A stretch of DNA of 64,000 nucleotides from Vicugna vicugna (lineage: Eukaryota): NCBI GenBank assembly GCA_013265495.1, contig MU058636.1, positions 8,329,425 through 8,393,424 on the forward strand, written 5' to 3'. The translations under genes were made by a program, and so were the position numbers. Below, piece by piece: positions 37,622 to 49,900 of this stretch (its first letter is position 1; each line of letters begins with the position of its first letter). The notes under the pieces were generated by a model. That model did no database searches, was not told where the DNA came from, and saw nothing but the letters and a program-made list of their open reading frames with translations.

Positions 37622-38640
37622 CTGCCTTTCCGAGGTGCCAGATGAGGGCTGTAACGTGGTCACCATCCACTTTTGGCCGGTGTCTGCCTGCTGTACAAAT
37701 CCACTGCTGGTCAGCCCACTTTTTCCATCTCTTTTAACTGGCCTTAGGGAGCGTCCAGTGAGGCCATACAGATATTTTGAGGAACATGTGAAAAAGCAGT
37801 CAGAGTAAGTACTACCTTGCTTGGGATGGGCAGTCTGCATTGCACCTTGTAGGGTCAGGCGTTAAGGCTCAGCGATAAGTCTTTCAAGCAGGGAATATTT
37901 GTGAGCAAAAGAAGCCATGACTCTATTCCCAAACTTCGGGGCATGTGTTAGTATTTTCCTATCGAGGTTTGCCAGAGGTTCCATACTGTCTGTCCACGGT
38001 AAGCTCTTCCCAAACCATTAGTTCTGCCAATTATAGCCCCATCCCCTCTCTATAACATATACATACGACACTCACATATCCTCCCATTCATCTTACTAAA
38101 TAAAGTACTTATGATGCTTGCTATTTCTTGTTCACCAGGATCAATCAATTAATGTCATCAGTGTAATGGTTTCATGTAATGCTTTATGGGATAGTGTGAC
38201 GACCAAAGTTCTAGATCACATTATCATGGAAAACAGACACATTAATGTACCCCTGAGGAAAAGTGTTAAAGGTTTATTTACTCTTATCCTTTGCCACGGG
38301 ATGGCAATTTTTGCTGATTATCTGATTATCTTTTCTGATAGGGATGGTGGTTGACAGGGAGTGCACTTTCTAGATCAATAACTGCATGTAACGTAACAGG
38401 GGTTTTTTAAATTTGTTTTAGTAAAGACATTACAACTGTTATCATGACCTGATTATCTTTGATGAAACCTATACTCAGCTATTCTCGAAGAACCATATAG
38501 CTCTTGCACAGACCAGATGAGGGCTTCTATTTGGCCCATCTCAGGTGGGTCATGGGACCCATATGGGAATTCTCTCAGTTACTAAGTGTGTTTATTCCCA
38601 CTGTACATCCTGGGACTGGGGTAATAACGTCACTGAAGCA
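37612..38640 (-). mobile_element. Decayed class III (ERV-L) internal region: protease end, RT and RNase H start, with stops and frameshifts
   Basis: Minus-strand translations in ERV-L order: VITPVPGCTVGINTLS (protease), LIWSVQ, VMSLLKQI*KTPVTLHAVIDLESA, FPQGYIN, HYTDDI/LIDPGEQEIAS (YxDD at about 38151-38168), VWNLWQTSIG, YSLLER, KWMVTTLQPSSGTS. Confidence 0.85.
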
Positions 38641-38650
38641 ACCTTACGCT

Positions 38651-40560
38651 CTTAATTTTGAGATAAATGTGGATTTTCATGCAGTTGTGAGAAAGTACAG
38701 AGACATCCATGTGCCCTCTACCCAGTTTTCCCCCATGGTAGCATTTTACAAACTGTGGCACAGTTTCACAACTAGCAAACCAATATTGATTCATCAAGAT
38801 ACAGAATGTTTTCCTCATCACATGTTGCCTTTTTATAACCACATCCATTTGTCTCCTCTCCCTCTCTGCCTGTCTGTCCCATCTTTAAACTCTGGTAGCC
38901 ACTAATCTGTTTCTCCATTTCTGTAATTTTGTCATTTCAGGAAGGCTATATACGTGATGTCCCACCATGTGTAGCCATTTGTGATTTTCTGTTTCACCAG
39001 GCATACGTCTCTGGACAGGCACTCACGGTGTGGCAGGAATCACATTTGCCCTTTTTATTACTGAGTGGTATTCCATGGTATCCATGTACCACAGTTGTTT
39101 ACATGTTGACTATTGAAGGACACAAGATTATTTCCAGCTTTTCACTATCATGAATAAAGTGCTATGGCAGGGAGAGGGTGTAGCTCAGGGGAACAGCACA
39201 TGCTCAGCATGTACAAGGTCCTGGGTTCAATCCCCAGTACCTCCATTAAAAAACTAAATGAATAAACCTAGTTACCTTCTCCCAAAACAACAGCTACAAC
39301 ACAGTAAAATGTCATGAACATTCATGAATCCAAGATGGCAATTGTGGGCTTGTATAGTAGTGGCATACTAAATCTGTAAACACTGCTGAATGGTTTTCCA
39401 GAGTGGCTGAACCATTCCACATGTATTTAGTTTCTCTGCAGTCTTGCCAGCCTTTGTAGTTTCACTATTTTTTTTTTTAAATTTTAGCCATTCTGATAGA
39501 TGTGTAGTGATATCTTCTTGTGATTTTAATTTACATGTCCCTAATGGCTAATGATGTTGAATATCTTTCCATGCATTTATTTGCCATCTGTATATCCTCT
39601 TGGTTGAAGTGTCTCTTTGTGTCTTTTGCTATTTTCCAATTTGTTTTTTCTCTATTGAATTCTGAGATTTCTTTATATATTTCAGATACTCATACTTTGT
39701 CAGACATGTGGTTTGCAAATATTTCCTCTCTGTAGTTCCCCTTTTTATCCCCTTAACAGCGTCTTTCTCAGAGCAGAAGTTTTGTCTTTTCATGATGACC
39801 AGTTTATCATGTTTCCCTGCTCATGCTTTTGTCATTAAATTTAAAAACCTTTTGCCTAGTTTTAGATCCAGAAGATTTTCTAAGTGTTTTCCTAGAAGGG
39901 TTATAGTTTTACCTGTCATGTTTAATTCAATTTAGAGTGAATTTTATATACATTAGGAGAATTAGGTCGAGATTTCGTCCTTTTGGCCTATGGCCAGCCA
40001 ATTACTCTGGTACCATTTGTTGAAGAAGCTATCTTCCCTACATTCCTTTAGAACATTTGTTCAAAAATCTGTTGGGCATCTTTTTGTGGATCTATTTCTA
40101 GCTGATTTATTTTGCTTAGTTGGCCTACGTGTCAGTTCCTTCACCAGAACCACATGTTCCTGACTCCCATGGTTATACAATATCTTGGAATTGAGTAGAC
40201 TGATACTTCTCGCTCTGTTCTGCTTTTTCAAAATTGTTTAGGTATTTGAGTTCCTTCATTTTTGCATATAAATTTTAGTATAATCTTTCTTGTATAGACA
40301 AACAATCTTGTGGGACTTTTGATAAGAACTGCATCAGAACTGTATGTCAATTTGAAGTGCATTGACATCTTTACTATGTTGAGTTTTTCAATCTATGGAC
40401 ACCGGTGTGTGTCTCTGTTTATGCCTTCTTTGATGTCTTTCATCAGTATTTCTTTCACCAAGAGTTTTCAGTATGCAACTCCCATATACTTGTTAAACTT
40501 ATAACTAATTCTTACATATCTAATTTTGTATCTGAATTATCAATTTTAGCTTTCCGTAGT
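38651..40560 (-). mobile_element. L1MD/MC-type LINE 3' region, interrupted by a SINE
   Basis: tgagataaatgtggattttcatgcagttgtgagaa...acccagttttccccc; ttttagccattctgatagatgtgtagtgatatc; ccatttgttgaaga; tttgcatataaattttag. Confidence 0.85.
39170..39305 (+). mobile_element. Vic-1-like camelid SINE (more diverged copy) nested in L1
   Basis: gggagagggtgtagctcagg...agcatgtacaaggtcctgggttcaatccccagtacctccattaaaaaa...aataaacctagttacct, homologous to the copy at 16152. Confidence 0.85.
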
Positions 40561-41954
40561 ATCATGCCCAGTTATACTTCTATTTCCTAGTATGTAGACA
40601 CAGTGATTACATGTACTAAATAAAATTCTTCTTAAGTCTTAAAAACAAGACTTTTTTCTCTGTATTTTAGATAGTGGGCTGACACACTTTTCCAAAGCAT
40701 CTGAACAGCATTTGAATACTGTGTTATTGTCTTATGATTTATCAAAGCATTCCCTCTTCTCTTGTTACCACTTAGGAAAAATAAGCCACTTTAATGTTTA
40801 TTTTCTCTAGTGTCCCTTTGATTTTAACTTCAGTTAGCTTGAAGCAAAACAGAGTTATTAAACCAATACTGTTTTCATTGTTTTAAAGTAAGTTAAAAAA
40901 TTATGATTTAAGAAAACTTCTGTATGAATCATACATTATCCAGAAAATTTTGATAACTAAATTTCAAAATATTGCCCACATCTTTGAAAGACAGACGTGA
41001 CTAACAAAAGACCTTTATATCTGTTTTAGGGCCTATACCCTGAATCAGAGTAGAAATTTTAATGTTCACTGCTTCAAGTTTTTTTCTTGCTAACTAAAAA
41101 GCATGTGAAAATTGCAGAAAAACAGACTTTCTGAGGTAATTCACTCCATAGAGAATACTATTTGTCTTTTAAGAACAAAAGTGCTGTTAATGGTTAGTCA
41201 CTTTTTCTCTTATTCCTTTGGGATATTATAGTCAGACACTGAACATGCAGAGAAAGTTCTATTCATTGTGACTCATCTCTCTCAAAGTTCAAATTGTCTT
41301 CTGAGTAAAGTTACGACTATGTTAATACAGACATAATTCTCAGTAACACTGGGCTTTTCAGTAATCAAACATCAAAAACAACAGATCTGACCCATCACTG
41401 GAGCTCTAAGTGAAAAAAAAAAAGTAATACTTTATATGTAGTGATTTTTAATGTTTTCTCTTGATTTCTTTAGGAATAGATAAATCATAATATCAAGTTT
41501 TTCCTCTTCATTTTTAATAAAAATATTTCTAATGTAGACACATTAAACATTTCTTTTAAACTTTCTTAAATTTCTTCTGATTCCTTAAAACTTGATAAAT
41601 CAAAATTTTTTAACGTTGTATTGGAAATGACAGAATAAAATTTGCAAAACCCCTAGTGCCTGATTAATTCTTGGAGAACTATTTTTATTTAGTTCATTAG
41701 TGCGAAGTTGTTGTAGCTAAACCTGAAAGCCAGTGTTGTCAGATAATCTAATAAAAAATTTTTTTTAATCCAGGGTTATGCATTATGGAACATTGGTATT
41801 ACAACAATTTTATGATTTATTTTTGTTACTCTAAAGAAATAAGCAAAAATTATACCTAAGATTTAAAGCAAAATATATCTTATTGATTCCATGAGAATTA
41901 AAAAAAAAAAGGAAGAAGAAAGGACCAAATGCATTTTTGCTTTAAATAGATTGA

Positions 41955-42150
41955 TTAGGGAGGCAGCAAATCAGATGGACAGGTTCAGAACTTTGGTTCT
42001 GTATGTCATTTACTGAATGTGACTTTGAGCAACTTACGATTTTTCTGTGTATAAAATGAACTAACAGTACCTTCATCAAAAAGTTCTGGACATGATTAAA
42101 TAGAGCAATATATTTGTCTCATAGTGAATGTTCAATTGATAAGTGATATC
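41955..42150 (+). mobile_element. Degenerate MIR
   Basis: tcatttactgaatgtgactttgagcaacttac...tataaaatg...aacagtaccttcatc...gattaaata. Confidence 0.55.
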
Positions 42151-44849
42151 TAGTATTTTTGCTATTTCCATGTAGACAAAATGACAACCTAAATTTCATT
42201 TCTTTTTTTTTTTTCCTCTTCTGGTGTCTTATACTATAGTGAAATAATTGGTGAGTAAATTTCCTAGTATGTTTACTCTTGCTCAGTCAAAATACCTGGT
42301 AATTAGTGTGATTAAATAGAGTAATACAGGTATAATCAGTTGAAGCTGATATGAAGGAAAGTGAAGAATTTCTAAGATCTTAAAAAATAGTATTTTTTTT
42401 CAGGGAGAATTGATTTTTGAAATCTGAGTAATTATAAGAAGAAAGTGTTCAAAAAAACCTATGGCCCACAAACCCTGTAGCCTACTTCTGGGACTCTTTA
42501 TGTTAAAGTTACCTGTGCCTAGCAATATTTTGAGCTTTTTATGAAACTTAAGTCGTGAGTGTGTAATGCCATGAGAGTATAGAATCATATTGTTGGCTCA
42601 AGATTGTGGTTTGCTCTGAGCCTTTAAGAAGTTATTTTATTAATACATGTAACCATTTTAAAAAGTGATCAGAGTAAAATTCCTTTGAAGACAACACTAA
42701 ACAAGCTATAAACTCTAAGGAGGGAAAAGGAAAGGATTAGATCTCCAGCCCACTGGCTTTTTTCTTATGTTAAGGTGGGATTGCCAGATCTGAAAAGGTG
42801 CATTTAAATGTTTCAGTTTTTGTTAGCACTGTTCTGAGGAACAGAGTAGCCTTTGATAACATAGAAATACTTCTCTATCCACCTTGTTTTCCAGACATAT
42901 TTATCTAATCTCACCTCTTTAGGATTGAGTGGTGAGTATGGAAATTCTACACTGTTTCTTATTTCTTTGTGTTCTTTTCTATCTGATGTGGCTCTTTCCA
43001 TTTTGGACACTTTACGCAATTTGTATTTGGAAGCAAAATGTATTTGGGAAAAATTACTTCCAAATTTTTGCTGTTATACATCATTGTAACACATGGAACA
43101 GAGGACTCACAGCCTCATGTGACCAAATCTTTGATGTCTTGTCTTTCGTTTTTGCTCCCTCCACTCTTCCACTGGCCATGTGTTGTGATGGAAAACTTAA
43201 TTTATATTCACAGTTTTGAGTTGATTTTAAGATACATATAGACTTTCTTCACCAAATGTTTCAATTGCACATAAAAGATTCTGTGTTGTACTAACTACAA
43301 TGGTCTCTCCCCTGATGTAATCATCTTGAGAATAAAGACTGTATCTTATTAATATTATCCTGGATTGCATACCACCACCACTGACTATGTAGTTGGCTCT
43401 CAGTAAATTAAAATTTAATTGAGGATGGAAGACATGCAGCTTTGGCAGCTTCCTCCATTTATCAAGATCTAAAGCATATTGCATATGACATTACACATGG
43501 CAAAGCAAATACCCTACATGCAAGCTGTTGCAAGCAAAAGTTGGAGAGAGGAAAAATCCAGTAACACTGACATGGAAAAAATCCAATAGCTCTGATGTTA
43601 GTTCACATAAATATTCCTGTAAGGAGATGACAAGTGGGAGAATTTCATATTCTTTAACCTTTAGGCTTTAGTCTATGCATGCAGAGAACTTCCTCCCCAA
43701 ATTTAGATTATGCAAAGATGCTCACAGCCCACCAACGCATAGGGCACCCAGGACAGACTTTTACTATGAGAACCTTTTGTTTTAAAATTATATATTAAAG
43801 TCATAAGCAAATTATAACTGCATCTGTGGTATTTCATTCTTTTTGTTTAACCCAGTGTGTCTTAATTTTGATGTCTGTCAATCAGCTTACAAGAAATAGT
43901 GAAATTCTATTTTTTATACATTTGGTGATAAGCCAGGAGCAGGTGGTCTAGATTTTAGACTAAATTACACAAGGGTCCGTGTGATGCCCCAGAAAAGTCT
44001 GAGGAGAAGCCTGGGAAACTTGAAGAAAAAAAAACATTTGTGACCACAGGAGATAAGATAAGTCAGATATGCAAAATTTTAGATAAAAATAAGGCTGTGA
44101 GCCAAGGAGTGTTTTATTTTCATAAAAAGTAAGAGATAAGGAACAGCCTACTGTAACCAGCTTAAGGTTTGGAGGAAGAAGAAGTGGCTTAAGTAGGAAT
44201 GATGCACCCAACACTCTTCCCTCTTGTGGAAAATCCAATGACTTGTTCTGGAGGTATGTGTATATTTAAATATATATATTTCTTTCCCAGTTCCTTCTGT
44301 TTTTTTTTTCTTTTTCTGTAAAGCTTCTCATTTGCTGTCCTTGCTTCAAGTCACCTAGGTATACTCCTGTTGCATCCCTCCAGGTGAAGTTCTCTTTATT
44401 CCCAATTTTCTTATTTCTTTATTGTAGTTCTTCCTCTTACACTCCTTGGACTAACCAGGAAATCTCAGACCATGGCAGAGTCAGAAATCCAGACAATAGT
44501 GGTGATTTGAACAGTCTCTAAGGTAAAGAATCAGAAGCTTCGACTATCAGGCTCTTTATGCTCAGTAGGATATTTTGGTCCTCGTTTCTGAAAAGGAACT
44601 CAGCGTTTTAGTCCTCAATGCTACCTTTGTAGCAGAAAACCTAGCAGCGTTTGTTGTGTATTCTGTGCAATGGAGGTAACACCAAGAGAAGATTCAGACT
44701 TGCTCTCCAGAGAACTAAGATCTTGTTGTGAATAACTGCATTGACTAAAAAATTGAAAACTTCAAATTAATATGATGAAATCCAACCTATCAGTGCTGAA
44801 TACGTGACCCAGAATGAGGGTGGACAGCAATGAAGAGTGGGGAGGATGT

Positions 44850-45121
44850 GCTTAGCAGGACACCATTATATGGTATGTCTCCCATAGAATTCTGATAAAT
44901 GTGAACAGACCCAAAAGCATAATTATAAAGTGCAGTAAAAAATTAGAAAATGATAACTTTTGGTTATTAATTATCATTGGTTTTCATATGACTTATTTAA
45001 TTGTATGTTCACATAATTTATTTTTATTAATGCCTTTTTTTGACAACCAGCTCTTAAAATTTCTGGAAATTTAACAATTGGTTGTCACGAGCTGCTATGA
45101 GCCAGCACCAGCATGTCCCTG
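44850..45121 (-). mobile_element. MER63-type hAT-Blackjack DNA transposon
   Basis: acaaccagctcttaaaatttctggaaatttaacaattggttgtcacgagctgctatgagccagcaccagcatgtccctg resembles the reverse complement of the MER63 left end; left boundary uncertain. Confidence 0.65.
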
Positions 45122-47574
45122 TCCACTGTCTTGTTTTCACTGAAGATGGAATATTAACTGTGCATCTATCCTTTAGATATAACATGTTCTGACTTGATTA
45201 AGTTATCTAACCTTTTATTACATAACTTGAATGCTACATATAAGAGACATACACTGGGGCCAATTATATTAGGAATATAATATTTTTCAATGAAAGGGAA
45301 AAGCTCTCATATAAATAAATTATAATAACAAAGTAGCCACAATTGGCCCCACAAGTCAAGACATTGTTTAATATACATGAGGAACAACAGATGCACAAAT
45401 TCTATAATGTCACACAAACTGTTGGAGTCTCAGTCAACCAAAAGTACAATTTAAAATAATGTCTAGCTAAGCAGCTCCCTTTCATTCCTTTATTCAAAGG
45501 TTTTTAATATGCACTGTACTTCAAGGACTCTGAGGGGCACTGGTTTACAAGGACTGTATGAGTATGCAAGGAGAAGTAAGGAAGCATTGAAGAGGCAGCT
45601 GCACTGTTCTGTCCGTCCTCTGATGGAGGAATCCAGGTGCTAAGGACAGAGGACCGGAAGTGGAAGAGATCTTAGCCCACATCATCACCGGCACAGACTC
45701 AGTCCTGCCACCAATACCAGCACAAAGCCCGTGGCTAGAATAAGCCCAGAGGAGGAGACAGGCAGATTGTAAGCCAAAGAAATGAGACCACTTCAGATAA
45801 AGCGGGCTGCAGCTGAGATGGGCACGGGGTGCCCTCCAGCAGCAGCTCTGAGCAGCCTTCTCTTGCGCGTGAGCAGAGACTGAGCGTAAGTCAGCGGTGA
45901 TGATGGCACTCCCTGTGAGCAAACCCCGTGAACAGAGCTCGCCTTGTGTGGGGATGGATAGTAAGTGAGGAAAACTTCCCACAAACACAGGCTCTTTCAG
46001 GGAGAGCTACGCAAGGATGCGCAAGACATTAATGCAACTCTTACTTGGAATCTTTTATTCAAGAAGGGCAGAGGGGAGACTTATTTTCAGAGTCTTTAAG
46101 TATCTGAAATTTTCTGTTGCTATTTTTGACAAATCCAATTTGGCGGGGTGGCCAAAGTCACATGTTCAAAACTTTTTGTTTGCACTAAAGGCTTCACCAT
46201 TGTTACCCGGAAGTTTGAAACAGTATCTAGGGGAGAACTTGAGTATTGTTCTTTTAATAGAGCCTCAGATTTTTTGCATATTCAGTTTCTGCATAGACCT
46301 CGCTTGGAGGTATACTTTTAATCTTGTTAGAAGGCTATTTTCCAGGATGTGTCTCATTTAAGGGTCTTTTTCATTGCCCCCGCCCCTCAGAATATAATAA
46401 AATATCTTGATCTGTAGGCTTAGGCATTATTTTTTAAACTCACGGATGTTTCATTCATTGTATTTTGATTATCATGTCCAGTTCAGTTGCTCTGCTTTGC
46501 TGCAGAAACATTGCCATTCTTAGTTTGTACTTCTGTTCTCCATTCTCAATTTGTGTTATGATTTTAAACTTTTTCCTTTTCCTATAAACTCTGATGCATC
46601 ACCTTATGTTTATTGTCTACCTCAGACTTTTACTTCTTCAAAATGACAGTCTGTTTTTTCTGCTTTAGTACAAATTTTGACTCTGCTTTATAACAGTTTC
46701 CTTGAAATCCTTAATTTATCTTTATCTTCTGTGAACTGCTCAAACTGGCCCATTTATTTGAAATGTTTCCCCACTTACATTGTTTTGGGGATCAATTTGC
46801 ATTTCAAATTGTCTTCAAAACTTAGCCCAATTCCAATCAAATGTTGCATGAATCACATCTAGTTGTTTAAAATTTAGAATAATCCCTGGATTTTTCAGAA
46901 AGCATAGATTTTAAACATTTTAAAAAGTCTTTGTGAAAACATCTGCACACTAATGACTGATTCTTTGCACTTACCCAGTTCTTACCGTAGTCTCTCTTCC
47001 TTTTTTGGATGCAGACAGATTGTTAGCAAGAACCTTCCCAAATTAGAAGCACAAAGTACCATTCAGATAAGACAATTTACACTATGTTCCGCAAAGTAGT
47101 GTGGACTTTCTGACTCAGTGAAATCTGTCACTCAGAGATGTGGGAAAATAATAGCTCATAGTTTTGAAACTCACTAGAAATATAATTTATTTTGATTCAG
47201 ATTCAACCTGAACACTCTGGTATGTGAATTTTATTCCTAACTTATTTTTTCTCTTTTAAGGGTAAAACATAAAAAGTTTAGTTGAACTGAATCTCTCAAC
47301 CATCTAGTAGCCATTAAAATTGCACATAAAAATAATCACATATTGATTGAATATTGTGATTCAGTGGAAAAATATTTTGATATTGACCTCATACTTCAAA
47401 AGTTGGCTCATGAAAAAACATTAAACTTATTTTACGAAGGACATTTTCATCTTCCTTCTTCTGTATCCACAGCTCATTAATTTCTTCATCCATTTTCACT
47501 TCCTCCCCTCCCGTCTCAAAGGATGGGGAGGCAGGACTTGACAGCAGTGCTCACCTTTCTTCTCTCTTCGGCAG

Positions 47575-47790
47575 GTTAAGAGCATGATCTTTGTTATCAG
47601 GCAGAAGTGGATTCAAGTCCTGCTCCACAATTTGTAGGGTGTATAGCCTGGACAAATTACTTACCCACCCTCAGCCGTAATTTCCTCATCAGTAAATGGG
47701 TCACTCTGAGAACTCGTTAAGATGCTTCTGTAAAGTGGGAAGGACCTGACTGACGACTGTCACAGAGCAAGCACGTGATAGCTGTGTGTA
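47575..47790 (+). mobile_element. MIR SINE
   Basis: ggttaagagcatga...gattcaagtcctgctccac...ggacaaattactt...tttcctcatcagtaaatggg. Confidence 0.75.
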
Positions 47791-48054
47791 TTACAGTATT
47801 CTTGATTGTTTCCATGGGATATTCATCCCTTCACATACACTGTTTCTCTTCATAATCTTTGATAATTTTGTCTCCATTTTCCCTTTTTCCGGTTGAACAG
47901 ACCTAAGTTTCTCCTGTGAAGAAATGGCTTCATGATCTTGTTTTTCCAAATGTCTGTCCTTTATAATTTCATTCACTAAATGGACTTTTTCACCCGTGAG
48001 GTTTATGCCTGTGATCTCCCCTTATAATTTATCCTTTTACTTGCTCGAGGTCTG

Positions 48055-48502
48055 TGTATTGGGTTCTTCCTGCTATTATAGCGAAGTATCCCAAAGTTAG
48101 TGGCTTAAAGCAGTTCAGCTTTGTCCTCTTACAGTTCTAGAGTTCAGCAGTCTAAAACTCAGTTGCCAGGCCTGTGTTCTTTCTGTAGACTCCAGGGTGA
48201 GTCCCTTCCTTGGCTGTTCCGCCTTCTAGAGACCGCTGGCGTTCCTTAGCTTGTGGCTCCGCACTCCTGTGACCTCTGTTCCTGACGTCACATATTGATG
48301 ATGCTGATTTTCTTGATTTCCTCTTGTAAGAATCTTTGTGAATACACTGGATCCACCGTAGTGATCTAGGGCAAGCTCTCCATCTCAAGAGCCCTACGTT
48401 GACCACACTTGCAAAGTCCATTTTGCAATGTAAGGCAACATATTCACGGGTTTTGGGGATTAAGACTTGGGCCTCCTTATGGGCCATTCTTCAGTCTATT
48501 TT
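48055..48502 (-). mobile_element. MLT1D-like MaLR solo LTR
   Basis: tgtatt...ttagtggcttaaa...tcttacagttctagag...ccttctagag...ctccatctcaaga...tgcaaagtcc...tgtaaggcaacatattcacgggtt...ggattaagac. Confidence 0.88.
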
Positions 48503-48794
48503 CATCATTCCATCTGTTTCCAGCTTGTCTTTTCTGGCATTGTTATAGGAATGTTGCTGACTATTACTTAATTCTTGGGAATCTCTTGTCTCTTGTCCTG
48601 TGGAATGTCATTGGCACTCCTCCCACGATCTCCTGCCTCTCATGCTGCTTCTCCGACTCCTTTTCACTCGGATCTTTGTTTCATAAGCTTCCAGATTGGA
48701 TGTCACAAAATACTTGTTAAATTGTACAACTCCTCCACTCAGAAGCTTTTGGTAGCTTTCCATTATTACTAAGCTATTCCACTTTATTAAATAT

Positions 48795-49900
48795 ATTTCA
48801 CTCATTCCACAAGCTTTCAGTAAACACTATGCCCCTGTTACTCTGTTCTGTTTGATAGGGATGTACAGATTCATGAAACACCATTTGTCTCTAAGAAGAT
48901 AACAGCCTAATGGAAGAAACAGACAAATAATTGTAAAATTATTTAAAATGTGAAAACTGAGTGCAAGAGATAAAAATGTACACACGATATAATGGAAACC
49001 CTTGAGAGGGTCGTCCAGTGTAGCCAGAGGGTGTTAAGGCAGGCTTCCTGGCGAAGATAATACCTGATCTGGGCTTTAACTGGTAAATGCAAATTAAGCA
49101 TTGGAGAGACAGTAACAAGGGCAAAGGCCCAAGGCATGCAATAGAATTAAGTGTTCAAAGACTTGTGAGTTGATTGGCATTATTAAGGTGAAAAGCCATA
49201 GAAAGGAGCAATTAGAAATAAAATTGAGACATGAAGATGACTGAGAAGAAATGATTAGAGGATTAGGAGACAAGAATAAATTGGACGAGGAACAGTCATA
49301 CTGGGTGGTTTTATGAAAGCAGAGTGATCTGAGACTTCATTAAGAAGGTCAAGTGACATGAACAAATCAAGTGGCATGATACCATCTTCAATATAGATGA
49401 AGTCTCATATCCAATTGCTATTCACCGGGACCCTAGGAGTCATGACGAGTCCGTATGACCAATGTGGGTCACTGGACAAGTGGGGACAGATGTTAACGAA
49501 CAGGAGGAAAGGAATAAATTTGTTAAGTGTTGGCTACTATATAAGAATCTTGTATTTGGAAGTAAAATATGAGAAAGATCAGCCAACAGGGAAAAATACA
49601 TGGGCTAGGATGGTATTTATTTAATATGAGATAGAAATGAGAATATTTATAAGCTTTAAAGAAGATGCTAACGGAGAAAGAGCATATGAAAGTACAGGAA
49701 AGAGTGAATGGTTATCTTACTAGACTGAAGGACAAAAGAATGAGCCTGGGAGAGAAACAAAGCTTCCCCCCGCCCCCCTCAGCTTAGAGGAAAATGAAGG
49801 GAAAGTTGCTGCAGATATAAGGAGACAGAGGGCAAGAGGCTCAGGCAAATGGTGCTTGAGGACCTTGATTTCCTCAGAGAACTAGAAGGCAAGATCACCA
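48795..49900 (-). mobile_element. Fragmented L2 remnant
   Basis: ttcactcattccacaa...cactatg...ctaatggaagaaacagaca...ggcaggcttcctgg...ggcaaaggcccaaggc. Confidence 0.5.

Noticed and set aside
37612..38640. Active or novel reverse-transcriptase system
   Set aside because: Multiple stops, frameshifts and deletions; the motif order is that of an ordinary ERV-L.
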